Shown piece by piece: positions 26,201 to 39,706 of a stretch of DNA of 64,000 bases. How positions within the stretch are numbered: the first letter of the stretch is position 1; each line of letters starts with the position of its first letter. The DNA is taken from assembly GCA_964016885.1 (NCBI GenBank), contig OZ024759.1, positions 31,620,001 to 31,684,000 of the forward strand, written 5' to 3'. Position numbers and translations under genes: made by a program. The notes beneath the pieces are model-generated. The model was given only the letters and a program-made list of their open reading frames with translations. It was not told where the DNA came from and did no database searches. The stretch comes from Eledone cirrhosa. Its lineage: Eukaryota.

Positions 26201-26337
26201 ACTCAGAGACATCCAGTCGGAACCGAAATTAAATACGATGGATGTTTGCAATGTAAGAAATTAATGTAAATTACCACAAAATCTGCTTTCGGGATGCCGC
26301 TGTGGTTTTGATCTTCGTCTGTCTTGTCGGCCGCCAT
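18326..26337 (-). CDS. VBP1: Prefoldin subunit 3 / VHL-binding protein 1, 6 coding exons, 186 aa
   Basis: Exons 26275-26337 (MAADK..GIPKADFV), 22051-22178 (EDVEHFM..KYKFMDYNL), 21175-21241 (LKTQIPDIK..), 20351-20449 (..FLLSDLLYAKAKIPPTDKVCLWLG), 19887-20025 (ANVMLEYSLDDA..FLRDQITTLEV), 18326-18390 (NMARVYNWDVKRR..stop). All introns are GT-AG with consistent phases; total 561 nt. Confidence 0.95.
18748..19050 (-). mobile_element. RTE-clade LINE 3' fragment (inside VBP1 intron 5)
   Basis: Translation ELRERLSIRGIKCCVQERRLRWYRHVMRM...GRPKKTWDVVIKAD...DRDLWR is the typical RTE ORF C-terminus. Confidence 0.8.
19226..19423. mobile_element. ~200-bp TTAA-flanked MITE (piggyBac-like ends); copies at 17433-17636, 22567-22777, 36432-36636, 43030-43232, 51134-51347, 60286-60475
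   Basis: TTAA|CCCTTTAGCATTT ... AAATGCTAAAGGG|TTAA: terminal inverted repeat with TTAA on both sides, and a conserved interior across at least 7 copies in both orientations. Confidence 0.8.
23058..23737 (+). repeat. ~105-bp diverged tandem repeat, about 6 units; related copies inverted at about 16255-16500 and 52585-53000
   Basis: Recurring GTTGTTACAGCTC..CACCTATGTAGGTTTAGCTG..CTCCTACAAGGTTGCATCTCATAGGAGGTTTCT. Confidence 0.85.
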
Positions 26338-26378
26338 GCTGTATTATCAATTCTCGCGAGATTCTCTCGAGAAACAAT
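26338..26378. promoter_or_regulatory. 41-bp inter-ATG spacer, probable bidirectional promoter core of VBP1 and CUL5
   Basis: Perfect palindrome TCTCGCGAGA at 26352-26361 and a 1-mismatch copy TCTCTCGAGA at 26363-26372, lying between divergent start codons at 26337 and 26379. Confidence 0.75.
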
Positions 26379-29242
26379 ATGGCGATGTTAAAGGTGAGTT
26401 CAATGATCTTTGCTTGCTCCACATTCTAGTTGGACATTTTACCTGCTTATTCTTCTTAAATCTTCCTCTATTTTCACCCTGATCAATGCTAATGTTTGCT
26501 CCTGTGTTTTGTGTATCTATTTTGTGCTTTTGTTTTCAATTTATATCTACAATAACTGCTGCAAGAAACTCAATGCTTCAAAACTTACGGTCCGGACCTG
26601 CTTTCAGTATTCCTATCAACTACAACAATACACGTTTTATTATAAAACTGCTCCCCCAAGACAGTAGTTAGCTAAGCACATGCATTATATTTACGTACAC
26701 CGATTATATATATGTAATTTACTTTTATAACATAAGTCGCAGTTAATCTGCGATCTATTGCTTTTAATGTTCAACAAACTATGACTAATCGAAGCCATTT
26801 AATGACAACTGGTCGTAAATAATAATTTTCCTAGTTTCCTCCGTATAAAAACTAGAAAAATGGACTGCCGTTTTCGTTTTTTTTTTTCCCGATTCTTCTA
26901 TTTAATTTATAGAACTGAGCTTTTTTTTTAAATATTATTTTATGATATTCGTTAAGAAAGGAAAATATCAATATACGAAAACAAAAAGTAATAAAACCTG
27001 GACAATCGTTATTATATATTTCTCTTTTTCGTTTGTTTATTTCTCACGCCTTTCACTCGGCCTTTGTGTCTATCTACAGACGTAAATATTTCCTTTCGAT
27101 TTTGGGAATATCTAGCATAATTTCCCCACATACCTTCACTTGTATGTATCTGTCATAATCGTTTAATGGTTGGTGCTTCTAGTCACCTTGTAATTTTAAG
27201 AGGTTTACTGTGTATGTGTGTGTATATAAATATATATATATATTGGTGGGGTAGAGGATCGACTGAGCTCAGGCAGTTTCGGCTAGTAATATATGTATAT
27301 ATATATATAATAATACTAATAAAAAATGACGATTTCTTACAACTCCTGTATATATATACTGGTTTTAGTAATTACAATACGACTATGCTGGAGCACCGCC
27401 TTGGTTAAGTCGATCATATCGACCCCAGCTCACATTTTTTCAGATCTGTTACTTATTCTATCGGCTTCATATATATATATATATATATATATATGCGGTT
27501 TCATGTGGTACAGGATGTTAAGAATTAAGGAAAGTTGAGAGTGTAGCTATTACTATACAACATAAAACCCTACGATATATATATATATATATATATCGCA
27601 GGGTTTTATGTTGTATAGTAGTAGCTACACTCAACTTTCCTTAATTCTTAACGTCTTGTACCACATGAAATCGCATTAACAAGACAAAAGTACAAAACAA
27701 CTCTATGACTGCATCACATTACAATAATAAAGTCTTTACTCAAATACTGCAAATTTCCATAACAATCAGTCCACTAGTAAAGGTTAATATAAAGCTACTT
27801 TACACTATCTACTAGTAAAGATAAATTAACATATTTTCTGCTAAATCATTACAAGATGACTAGGGTTAAAGCATGGCGAACTAAGTTGAATAATGGCCTT
27901 GCCATTAGTAACATCTTATCCACATAAATATATATATATATATATTATTATTATCACTCTGCTTCTTAAGGATGCCGACTATGGTGAAGTACCAAACGTA
28001 TAATCGCACATCGCTAACCGGACCCAAATAGTAGTTCAAATCCCGCCGAGGTTAACTTTGCCGTTCATCCTTAAGGCGATCGATAAAATAAAGTACCAGT
28101 AATGTACTGGGGTCGATTTAATTGACTTTCCCCCTCCCCTCAAATTGCTGGCCTTGTGCCTAAATCAGAAACCAATATTAGCATTGAGTGCTGAAACTGG
28201 TGAACCCTCACTAACTAGACGTTGTACACCAACACATTACTATCATCATCATCATCTTACGTATGCTTTTCCCTGCTTGCAAGGGTGTGACACTATACAT
28301 ACACACATATATATATATATAGTGCAAATTTATACATATATATATATGTGTGTGTGTATGTATGTATGTATTTGACCCAAGTTGTGAAATATAACATCAC
28401 TACCACCACTAGAAAATACTGGTTATATATATGAATATATATATATGTATGTGTGTGTGTAAAAACAGTATTCATATTATATTACATTAATTAATATCTT
28501 CAAAATAATAGAAAATAAACTGATTCTTTTAATTATTTCCTTGTTAATTACCAAGAAAAATAAATTCCAGCCACTCTTGTCTGACTATCGGCACAGCAGC
28601 CTCTCTTTCTTTTTCCTTCTCTTTATCTCTATCTCTCTCTTTTCTCTCATATCGGATTAACAATTTTAAAAGTAACATACATCTTTTCTGATTTAGAACT
28701 AAATAAAATGGTTTCTAATTTAGGCACAAGGCCAGCAATTTTGGTGAAGATGGAAGGAGAGAGAAAGTTTATTATATCGACCTCCAATGATTGCTTGGTT
28801 CTTTATTTTATCGATCCTGGAAAGATGAAAGATAAAGTTGACCTCGGCGGGATTTGAACTCATGACGCAGAAAGTCGTAACTAAATACCGCAAGGCATTT
28901 GTCCTACACTCTCAATAATAAGAACTGGACCGTGTACCGTCGCTATATTTAGTGTCAAGATCCCCCTCATCTCTCTATCTCACTCTCCTCTCTCTTCCCT
29001 TGCAATAGTTCTAAATAATTTTAAATTAGTGATATCTTGTTTGGTATATATATGTATATATATATATATGACTTAGTACGTTCTGTCAAACTTGAACCAT
29101 TTCAATGGTGAGACGGTTTAAGCTTCACCGTTGGGTTTATATGTATTATCATGATTTCTACATACTACTTTTCTTAAATTAGGAAGTACTAAATTGAATA
29201 ATGGTTTTACTGGTCTCAGTAATTTCTTATCTCTCTCACTCA

Positions 29243-29313
<71 letters not shown>

Positions 29314-32300
29314 TAAGAAAAACTAGACCCATTATCCTAACAAAATTCCATCACCTTCTTATCTCTCTCCCACATTCCTCTCTCTTTTCTTATCTCCATC
29401 TTTCTTTCAACTGTTCAAAGAAACATTAATCTTGTTTATATAAAATAAAGTTTTAAGAAATAGGACCATTATACCTACTACTGGGCAATTCTGTCACCCC
29501 TATTCCCCCCTCTCTCACTCCCACCTGTTCCAAATAACATTAAACTAGAAATATTTAAAAAATAGAAGAAATTATTTTATTAAAATAAATTTTGTAATCT
29601 TTTTCAATATGTGCTCTTATGATTATTTAATAATTAGTTTATGAGAGAGGGTGGTGGATTGGCAGAATTGGTAGAGCGTTGGGTAAAATGTGACGGCAGT
29701 ATTTGTTCTGGTTCTTTACATTCTAAGTTCAAATCTCATCAAGGTCGACTTCGCTTCTCATCCTTCCAAAGTTGATGAAATTAAATACCAGTCAAGTACT
29801 GGGTTTGATATAATCAACTTTGTCCTTCACCCAAATTTGCTGGCCTTGTACCTAAATTAAAAATCAGTGATTACCGTATTTCCCGGCGCCGAAGACGCTT
29901 CATCCTCGAAGACACACCCTAATTTCGACAACCAAAAATTTGAAGAAGAAAAAACAACCTTCGACCTCCAGGATGCATGGTAGATTTTTGAGACTTATTT
30001 TAGGAAAAAGTAGCATCTTCGATGCCAGGAAATACAATAATTAGTTTTTGTGGGTCACAGGAACCTCTCCTCACCGCTGTCAAGCGGAGGAAACTGGCGT
30101 GATTTGGCCACGTCATACAACATGATAGTCTGTGCAAGATCGTCATGCAAGGCACCATTGAAGGTGGACGCAGGAGGGAACGCCAAGCCAAAACTGGTTG
30201 GACAATGTAAAAGAATGGACACAAATGACGACACCTCCCCTCTCTCTCTCTCTGCAGTAACCTCTGTGTGAGTGTATGTGTGAAGGGGGTTAGGGTATGT
30301 GTCTGTGTGTACAAGGGTCGGCAGAAAAGTTAATAGGATGACTATGAAGGATTGATGCTAGAGCAGTGAAATATTGTCTGCATTAATTTCAACTCATTAA
30401 TAATAACTGCATTGTTTCTTTCCAGGAACTATGTTGAAAAATAAACCTCATTTAGTCATTCCATGAGAGTATCTTGGTCAGCCTAGGAACTTTTCAGCCC
30501 GCCCACATATGTTAGGGTATGTGTGTCAGTAAAAAAATGCTTCTAAAACCCATTAAAATAATATTTCATTGGAAATCAATGACTCCAGATATTGTACACC
30601 TTTTTTATATTGATTTTGATTTTCCCCCACCACATGTTTCTTGTCTTATACATAAATATATACGGTAATTAGTTCTCGGTTATTTAATGTCTTTACATAT
30701 TTGCAATTAACTATACATTTTTTTTTATTTATGTTTTTCCAGCAAGGTCAATCGCAATTTGAAGAAAAATGGCCTACTATGCGCCCCACAGTTCTGAAAC
30801 TTTTACGCCAAGAAAGAGTTACAAAATTCGAATGGCAAGAATTGTTTTGGTAAGTTTTTTTTTTTAAATTTATCACAATGTATGTTAACCTGCGGTCATT
30901 AGGGCCAAAGGCAGATTAAACTTCCATGGGTGTCCTGGCTGAAAATATTTTCAGGGGCGTTGTGTATTCACCATTGTAGCAAAAAAAAGTTCTTTTTAAT
31001 ATTTCGGGACTCTTTAGATATGGTGGGGTCCCTTGGCTGTGGTTCAATTAGTCCCCTCTGCCATGACCTAACACTGGTTAAGGCACTGGATTAAATACCT
31101 TGGTATTTGTCTCAGTTCATGACATTCTGAGTTCAAATCATGCCGAGGTCCATTTCGCCGTTCATCCCATTTAATACAGAACGTCATTACTATGGGGCTC
31201 CCCTCGATTCAAGAGATAAGGGCTCATGGCATATGATTTATTATAATTTATGCATAAGTATGTATGTAATTTATTATAAAAATTGTGAAGAGAAATAGAA
31301 TAATCTGGTTGGGTCATGTGTTGATGAAAGTGACTGGGTGAGATGATGTGGAAATGAATGTGGAAGGAAGTAGACATGGCTAAAGATGATGGAGGAGGAA
31401 ATGAAAGCCAAGGGGTTAGTGAGGAGGTGATATGAAGATCATGGGACAGGGTAAAGGAGAAGCTTGACATGGGGCCTGCAAAGCTAACCCTTTCTTTAGT
31501 TGGGTGGGGATGACCTTAAAACACTTGTTATAACTAAGTATGTCATTCATCATAATATACCGTATATACTCGTGTGAAAGTCAAATTTTTTACACCATTT
31601 TTTAAGGGTTAAATTTATTGTGTAGACAGTTAAAAGGCTACTACTACTTGAAATTCAAGTTAGGAACCAAAGTACCGTATCAGTAGCAGAAGCCCAACTG
31701 CTCTCTAAACAAATAAAACAAAAACACAATAAGTTACAGTAATATTACCGATTCTATGTATCAAAACAGACGTCCTAGTCATTATCATCATCATCGTTTA
31801 ACGTCCATCTTCCATGCTAGCATGGGTTGGCCGGTTTTTCCCACTTGAGACAAGATTGCTTGGGTAACCGTGTCTCACTTGTACAGAACTAGTAAAATAA
31901 CAAAACACATGAAGACCATGTAGCTCTTATAAATATTTACACTTGCTCTTTTACTCCTATCCATCAAACTTTTGGCACAAGTTTGGGTAAATCTTTAGTT
32001 TCAGACATGTATTTGCAATATTATAGATTTGTCTTAGATTCATGACGATTTTGTAACAGTGTTATTTCTACATACAAGATGATATCTTGACCTACAAACG
32101 TTGACCTGTTATCGGTGAAATACTAGGGTCAACTTTTATACGAGGTCTATGGAAAATTCCAGATTTTTAGGCCAAAATTAGGGGGGTCGACTTTTACATG
32201 AGTTCGACTATTACTTGAGTATATATGGTATATTCATTTAGCCCTTGTTATTGTACTGGTTTGAGTCTTTGGGCTGTTGGCATGCTTGGACACCGCCTTT

Positions 32301-35300
32301 ATTTATTTATTTTGAATTTCATTTTTCCATGCAGGGCTGTACACTCTGTTTGTTTATGGGATGAAAAAGGTCCACAGAAAGTATACCAGGCCCTCCAAGA
32401 TGACATACTGGAATTTATACGACAGGCTCAAATTGTAAGCAGCAGTGAATTCTTGACAATTTTTTAATGCCATGTTCTATGTATGCTGTTTTTTTTTTAA
32501 TCATTTATATATTTTGTAATTTTGGTTACTGCATGGAAGAGTCATTTTCGATTGTATCAATAGACAACCACACAGCTATACCTGTATCTAAAGCGAACAC
32601 CTTAACCACACAGCTATACCTGTATCTAAAGCAAACACTTTAACCAGATAGCTATACCTGTATCTAAAGAGAACACCTTAACCACACAGTTATACCTGCA
32701 CCTGTCATCAAATGATAGATAAATACAAACTCTCTAACCGTTTCGTTATTAAAGACTCTGCCTCTAATTTTCCAATCATTTTGAAAATAATCAAGAATTT
32801 AATGATATAACTAACTTTCTCATTATTATGTTGGTGTTTGGAACATAACTTAACAAAGGTTCTTGCTTATAATTATGTCCCATGAGAGGGTTGAAGGAGT
32901 GTTTGAGGACTCTTCCCCCACAACCCTCTCAGGAATAAATAGGTGAAGAAGAAGGCTTTTAGATAAATATAAACAGTTTTGTTTTATAGAACCAAGTGTT
33001 TTGTATGAAAAGCGTTATTTCATTTTTATTTTATTTGCAATATTCTGAATAAATTCTTCAATTCTGATGTTTTTTGTTTATTCTCTTAGAGGGTTCTTCA
33101 GCACCAAGAGGAATCGGCTCTTCTCAAGACATACATTGCAGAGTGGGGCAAGTTCTTCACTCAATGTGGATATCTGCCAAAACCATTCTGCCAGCTGGAA
33201 GCCTCTTTGGCAGGAAAAGCTCACAATACTATGCCAAAGAAAACTCAAGCTGATGAAAGTATTGTACGTAAAGTAAGTATTTTTTTCACTTGGTTTACTG
33301 AAGAGTTCAGAGATTCCAATCTTAAAACAATTTCATTGTTTGTATGTATGGTCCCATAACTCCTGGTGGAGTCATAGAGGCATCATTGGGACATACAACA
33401 CTTCTTAAACATGGCAGAGTCCATCCCCTCTCTGGGTCTGAACACAGCCTATTTCTCCCAGAAAAGGAGAGAGAGTGAGTATTTATCATTATCGTTATCA
33501 ACATTTAACATCCATTTTCCCTGCTAGCAAGGGTTGGATGGGTCTACATAGACCACATCAGTACTGAAGCAGGGCTACTTATCTCCCAGACAGTCCAGGG
33601 ATCTGCATCCCGTTTATGTACAGTCTCAACTGAAGGGTCTACCCAACTCTTTGTTTGGCAAGCTTTCTACAGCTGGATGCCCATCCTATCACTGGCCAAA
33701 GATTTTTTTTTTTCAGATGAATATAAACACTTTAAAATATACAGCTTAGTGTTGTCGAACCAGGGAAAGTTTGGTATCAAAAGGTTTAAATGTTTGTTGT
33801 TTCTGTTGTAGATGATGTTAGATACCTGGAATCAAAGTATATTTAACAACATCAAGCATCGCCTACAAGACAGTGCCATGAAATTAGTCCATTCAGAACG
33901 TAACGGAGAAGCCTTTAACTCACAGCTCGTTATCGGAGTTCGTGAATCCTATGGTGAGTCATTAATTCTTTTTTAGCTGATTACTCTTTCATTGTTTTAC
34001 TACTTTCAGTCATTAGACTTTAGTCATTTACATTTATGTCCTAACGAACTAGATTGGCTAGTAAAGGGTTGATTTTATTTGTCTAATTAACACTCATTAC
34101 AAAAGGGCTGGTTATGTTTGTCTAATTAACAGTCATTACGAATGGTTCAACTGGGTTTATCTTATTAATACTCGTTACCAAAGGGTCCTCTTTATTTGCC
34201 TAATTAACACTTAAGTCGATTTTTCTTGTCTAATTAATACTTGTTGTTAAAGGGTCAACTGTGTTTGTCTAATTAATACTCATTACCAAAAGATCCCACT
34301 TTGTCTAATTAACACTTATTACCTAAGGTTTAATTATGTTTGCCTGATTAACACCAATTAAATTGAGCTTCTTCTTTCTCCCTTTCACTTCAGTAAACCT
34401 TTGTTCTGATGCTGAAGATAAGTTGAAAATATATCACGAAAACTTTGAGAAAGCTTATTTGGAAGCGACTGAATCCTTTTACCGAGTAAAAGCACCCCAG
34501 TACTTGCAGGCCAATGGAGTGCAGAACTATATGAGATTTGCTGATGCTAAACTTAAAGAGGAAGAAAGCCGAGCCAAACGTTACTTAGAGACTGGCTGGT
34601 GTTGTCCGTCGGTGTCAGCAGTGAGTACCTATATGTCTTATATTGTTGGTATGGTATGGTATGGTCCCGTAATTCCTGATAGAGTCGTAGGAGCGCCGTA
34701 TTGACATACAGCGTTTCTTGGGCATTTTAAGCCTGTCAGAGCCCATCCCTCTCCAGGACTGAGTACAGCAGATTTCTTCCAGAAAGAGGAAGAATCAACC
34801 CCAGTACTGGACTGGTACTTTTTTTATCGACCTCGATATTCTTGTGGTCGTTTACTAATCAGCAACTGTTGCCACGTTGACAGTAACATGCTGATATAAA
34901 CATACATACATATATATGTATATATATCATTATTCATCATCCTTGCCGTTTAGCGTCCATCCTTCCATGCTTGCATGGGTCAGGTGGGTCATCCATGCCG
35001 AGAGGCAAGTCTGGCCTGTCACATCTTGCTCCGGTGAGTACTGTAAATTATAGCTGGACGCCCTTCCAAACACCAACCACATTTACAGTGTGGGACGGGA
35101 TGGCTTTGTTTTGAGGAATATATATATATATATATGGAGGCACATGGCTTAGTGGTTAGAGCATTGGGCTTGCAATCGAAAGGTTATGAGTTCAATTCTC
35201 GGACCGGGTGATGTGTTGTTTCTTTGAGCAAGACACTTTATTTCACATTGCTCCAGTTTACTCAGCTGTAGAAATCAAGCCAGAATCTGTTCCCGTATGA

Positions 35301-38300
35301 GCAAGACAAAGTCAGCCAACCGGACACTGCCCACAACAGGACAACCCGTCTAACCCATACTAGCGTGGAAGAATGGATGTAAAACGGTGATGATGATGAT
35401 GTATGTAAGGTGGTTATGCTGGTGATACGACAAAAAGCACCCAGTCAACCCTATAAAGTGGTTGTACTGACGATGTGATAAAAAGCAACCAGTCCACCCT
35501 ATAAGGTTTGAACAGAAAGAGGTGAGAGAATTCTGGCTGGATAGATACAGCCAGTTTAAATGCTAAAGAGTTAAATGATCATCATGATGATATACTCTCT
35601 TCAAATTTTATTCTTATAACAATTCTTGTTTTTCCATTTACAGTTGATAGATTGTTGTGTGGAGGTGTTGGTGACAGCATTTAAGGACACAATTCTCAAT
35701 GAGTGTGCTGGAATGATCAAAGCTAATGAAACAGAGAGTAAGTTTACTAATCACTTTTCAGCCCTTTTGATACCAAACTGCTTGAAACTGCCCATTTCTA
35801 ATTCTTAACATACTGTACTGCATGACACCACATTAGCAAGACATTGTTGAAAAGTACAAAACAGCATTATGTCTGTATCACAGCCATGTAATACCCTTAG
35901 CAAGACATTCTTGAAATGTAGAAAACAGCACTATGCCTGCATCATATTAAATATTAAAGTCTTTACTATACTACTATATTGAACCACATTAGGAAAACCT
36001 TAAAAAGTACAAAACATCACTATGCCTGCAACATATTAAACATCAAGGTCTTTACTATAAGACCTCAAATTTTCACAATGATCTGACCACTAGTAAAGAA
36101 ACTATAAATATTTTCTATTAAATCATTACAGAATGTTAAAAAGTTAATGTTTTTATATTTTTATTCTCGTCATTGTTTATTCCATTATTCCAATTGTTGT
36201 TAAGTCTTAGTAAATGTTTTTATGTTCTTTTATTCTACTATTCCAGAATTACGTTTGATGTTCAGCCTTATGGATAGAGTTAGTGATGGAATAGCTCCCA
36301 TGTTACATGATCTTGAAGCACACATAGTAAGTCAAGGTTTGGCAGACATGATGTCAGCTGCCAGAACTATCACCACTGTAAGTATCAGTTAATTTAGATC
36401 TGTTTGTTTGTTTTTCTATTTGTCACGTTAACCATTTAGCATTTACATTACTCTATATATACTATTGTATTTTCACTGTAAACACTTTATCTCATAGATC
36501 GAATCTACGAGATTTTGATATTATTTGTTTTGAGAACAATACCTTAACATAAGTATAAGCAGCCCGTTATGGCCGGTTTGAACAGAAGGAGGTGAGAGAA
36601 TTCTGGCCAGATATGGCTGATTTAAATGTGAAAGAGTTAATATTACTACCATGAACAAGGGCAGTAGATTGGCAGTATCCATAGAGAGTCGGACAACAGG
36701 CTCTATCATGGATGGAAAGACCAATGGAAACATTGTTTCTTTCATCTAATTTGATGAGGTCTGGAATCTTGTCAATCAAACTCTATCTATATTTATTGTC
36801 AAACCTCCTGCAACCATCCTTGTTTCTATGATACAAAACTATATATTTTAAGGTGTTTATATTTAAAACTACCCCTGTTAGCTACATTACAAAACTAATC
36901 GTTTTAAAGTATTTGTTTATTATCTGCCAAGAGTTGTGACTAGTAGCTAGTATCAGTAATGGAAACATTGTTTCGTTGGTCAGATATGACGAGTTTCACT
37001 TCACTCGGTTAGCAAATGAGGTCTGGGATCTTCTTGATCAATTCCACTCCCATATATATGTTATGTATGCATATATATATATATAGAGAGATTCTGCCAG
37101 GAGTTGCTACCGGTAGATAGTATCAGCAATGGAAAGACTAATGGAAACATTGTTTCCTCAGTCAGATTTGACGAGTTCCACCCCACTCGGGAAGCAAGTG
37201 ATATCGGGAATCTTGTTGATCAATTGCACTCCCATATATATATATATATGTGTGTGTATATGTAAGCATTTTATATATGTACATGTATAGTTTGCGAGGA
37301 GTTGCGACCGGTAGATAGTATCAGAAATGGAAAGACCAATAGAAACATTGTTTTCTCAGTCCATTTTGACAAGTTCCGCCTCACTCAATAAGTGAATGAG
37401 GTCTAGGATCTTGTCAATCGATTCAGTTGATTAGTTAATTATGTTTTTCTTTATTTGTTTGCAGGATTCAGAGAAATATGTTGAGCAACTTTTGGAACTT
37501 TTCAATCGATTTAGTAAATTAGTCAAAGATGCCTTTCTCCACGATCCCCGTTTCCTGACTTCTCGAGACAAAGTAAGTTTACCAATTCCACTTTGATTTC
37601 TTCCTTCTTGACTATATTTATAAACGTTACTGATTCCACCTTGGTTTCTTCTAATAAACCCTTTCTTGATCATAATTCTAAAGTTTACTAATTCCACCTT
37701 GGTTTCTTCTCTCTTGTAAATCTTTTCTTGGCAATATTTCTAAAGTTTACCAATTCCTGCTTGGTTTCCCATGTCTCTTAAACCGTTTCTTGACGATATT
37801 GCCTAAATTTACTAATTCTAGCTTGGTTTCTTCCTTTTTGACCATAATTCTAAAGTTTACCAATTTCACTTTAGTTTTCTTCTCTCTAATTAACCCATTC
37901 CTGACTATATTACCAAATTTCACTCACGGGGGTACATTTTTCAACCTGTGGTTTGAGCAGGTGTTGCACAGTGGACCCTATAAGAGGCCTAATAAACCTA
38001 GATAGGTGTGGGCTGAAAATTTCATTTCATTTCATGTTGAAAAAGCTTTCATTCTGATCAATCATCATCATCATCAATATTTTTGTAATTAATTATTGAT
38101 TTTTTTTTTTTTTTAGGCCTACAAAAGTGTTGTTAATGATATATCGGTGTTTAAACTAGAATTGCCAAGTAAATCAAAGGGGTATGTTCTTAGTTTCTTC
38201 TCTGATATGAACTCAACATTTTAATGTTTTGTTTGTTGTTGTTGTTGTTGTTGTTGTTATTTTTGTTATAAAGACACATGGCCTAGTGGTTAGGGTGTTA

Positions 38301-39049
38301 GATCAATGATCATAAGGGTTGTGGGTTCAATTTCTGGACAAGGCGACGCATTGTGTCTTTGAGGAAGATACTTTAATTCACGTTGCTCCTTCTGCCAGGA
38401 GTTACAGCCATTAGGTAGCAGCAGCAATGGAAACATTGTTCTTACATCACAGAACACAAAGACACACACAGACACAAACATAAACATAGACATGGTGACT
38501 GACACACACAAACATGAACGTAGACATTGTCACACAGACACAAACATAAACACTGACATGGTCTCACACACACACAAATATGGTTACACATACAAATATA
38601 AACATACATGGTCTCATACACACACACACACACTCACATAAAGATAGACATTGTCACACATACAAATGTAAACAGACATGGTCTCATACACACACATAAA
38701 CATAGACATGGTCACACATACAAATATGCAAAGATAAACAGACATGGTCTCACACACACACAACATTTTTTGTATCTTTTTATATCATTTAAAAAGTAAT
38801 TTCTATTTATTGTTGTTGTTATTGTTGTTTGAGTGTAGTCTCTGTTTTTCATTGCTCTAGAATGAACGTGAAGACACAGCCAGAGTCGCGCTGTCCAGAA
38901 CTGCTTGCTAATTACTGTGATATGTTACTCAGGAAAACATCTCTGAGCAAAAAACTTACCCCAGAGGAAGTGGAAAAGAAATTAAAAGATGTTGTAAGTA
39001 GAAACATGCTGAGGTGGAAGTCCTCAATATTGGTGTTTGTCTTTATGTA

Positions 39050-39086
<37 letters not shown>

Positions 39087-39675
39087 TTGAAAAAAGGAAA
39101 AGAATGACTTCACTTGTAGTTCTAAACAATTTTATTTAATTTTATAATAATATAATATTATGAGTTGGTAGATCCAGTAAGTTCTTTGTTAACTTCGGTG
39201 GGAAGATTTTTAAAGATTCCTGGTTAACTGTGAGAAAGTCCTCCAGGAAAGTTAACCAGGAACCTTCAAAAATCTTCCCACCGAAGTTGACAAAGAACTT
39301 ACTGGATCTACCAACTCATAATATTATAAAATTATAAAATTAAATCAAATTGTTTAGAACTACAAGTGAAGTCATTCTTTTCCTTTTTTCAAATATACCT
39401 AACTGTACCAAGGATTTCACACATTTTCAAATATATATATCTATATATATATATATATGCAATGGAAGCTCTACTCATTATCTGTGTGTGTGTGCATGTA
39501 TATATATACATGTATATGTAACTCAGAGTAACAAGACTCACTGTTTACCCTTAATAAATATATATGTATATATATATTTCCGTCTAACCCATGCTAGCAT
39601 GGAAGATAGGCGTTAAATGATGAGGATATATATATATATATATCATCATTTCTATACAGTGGAAACTCTGTTTAT

Positions 39676-39706
<31 letters not shown>

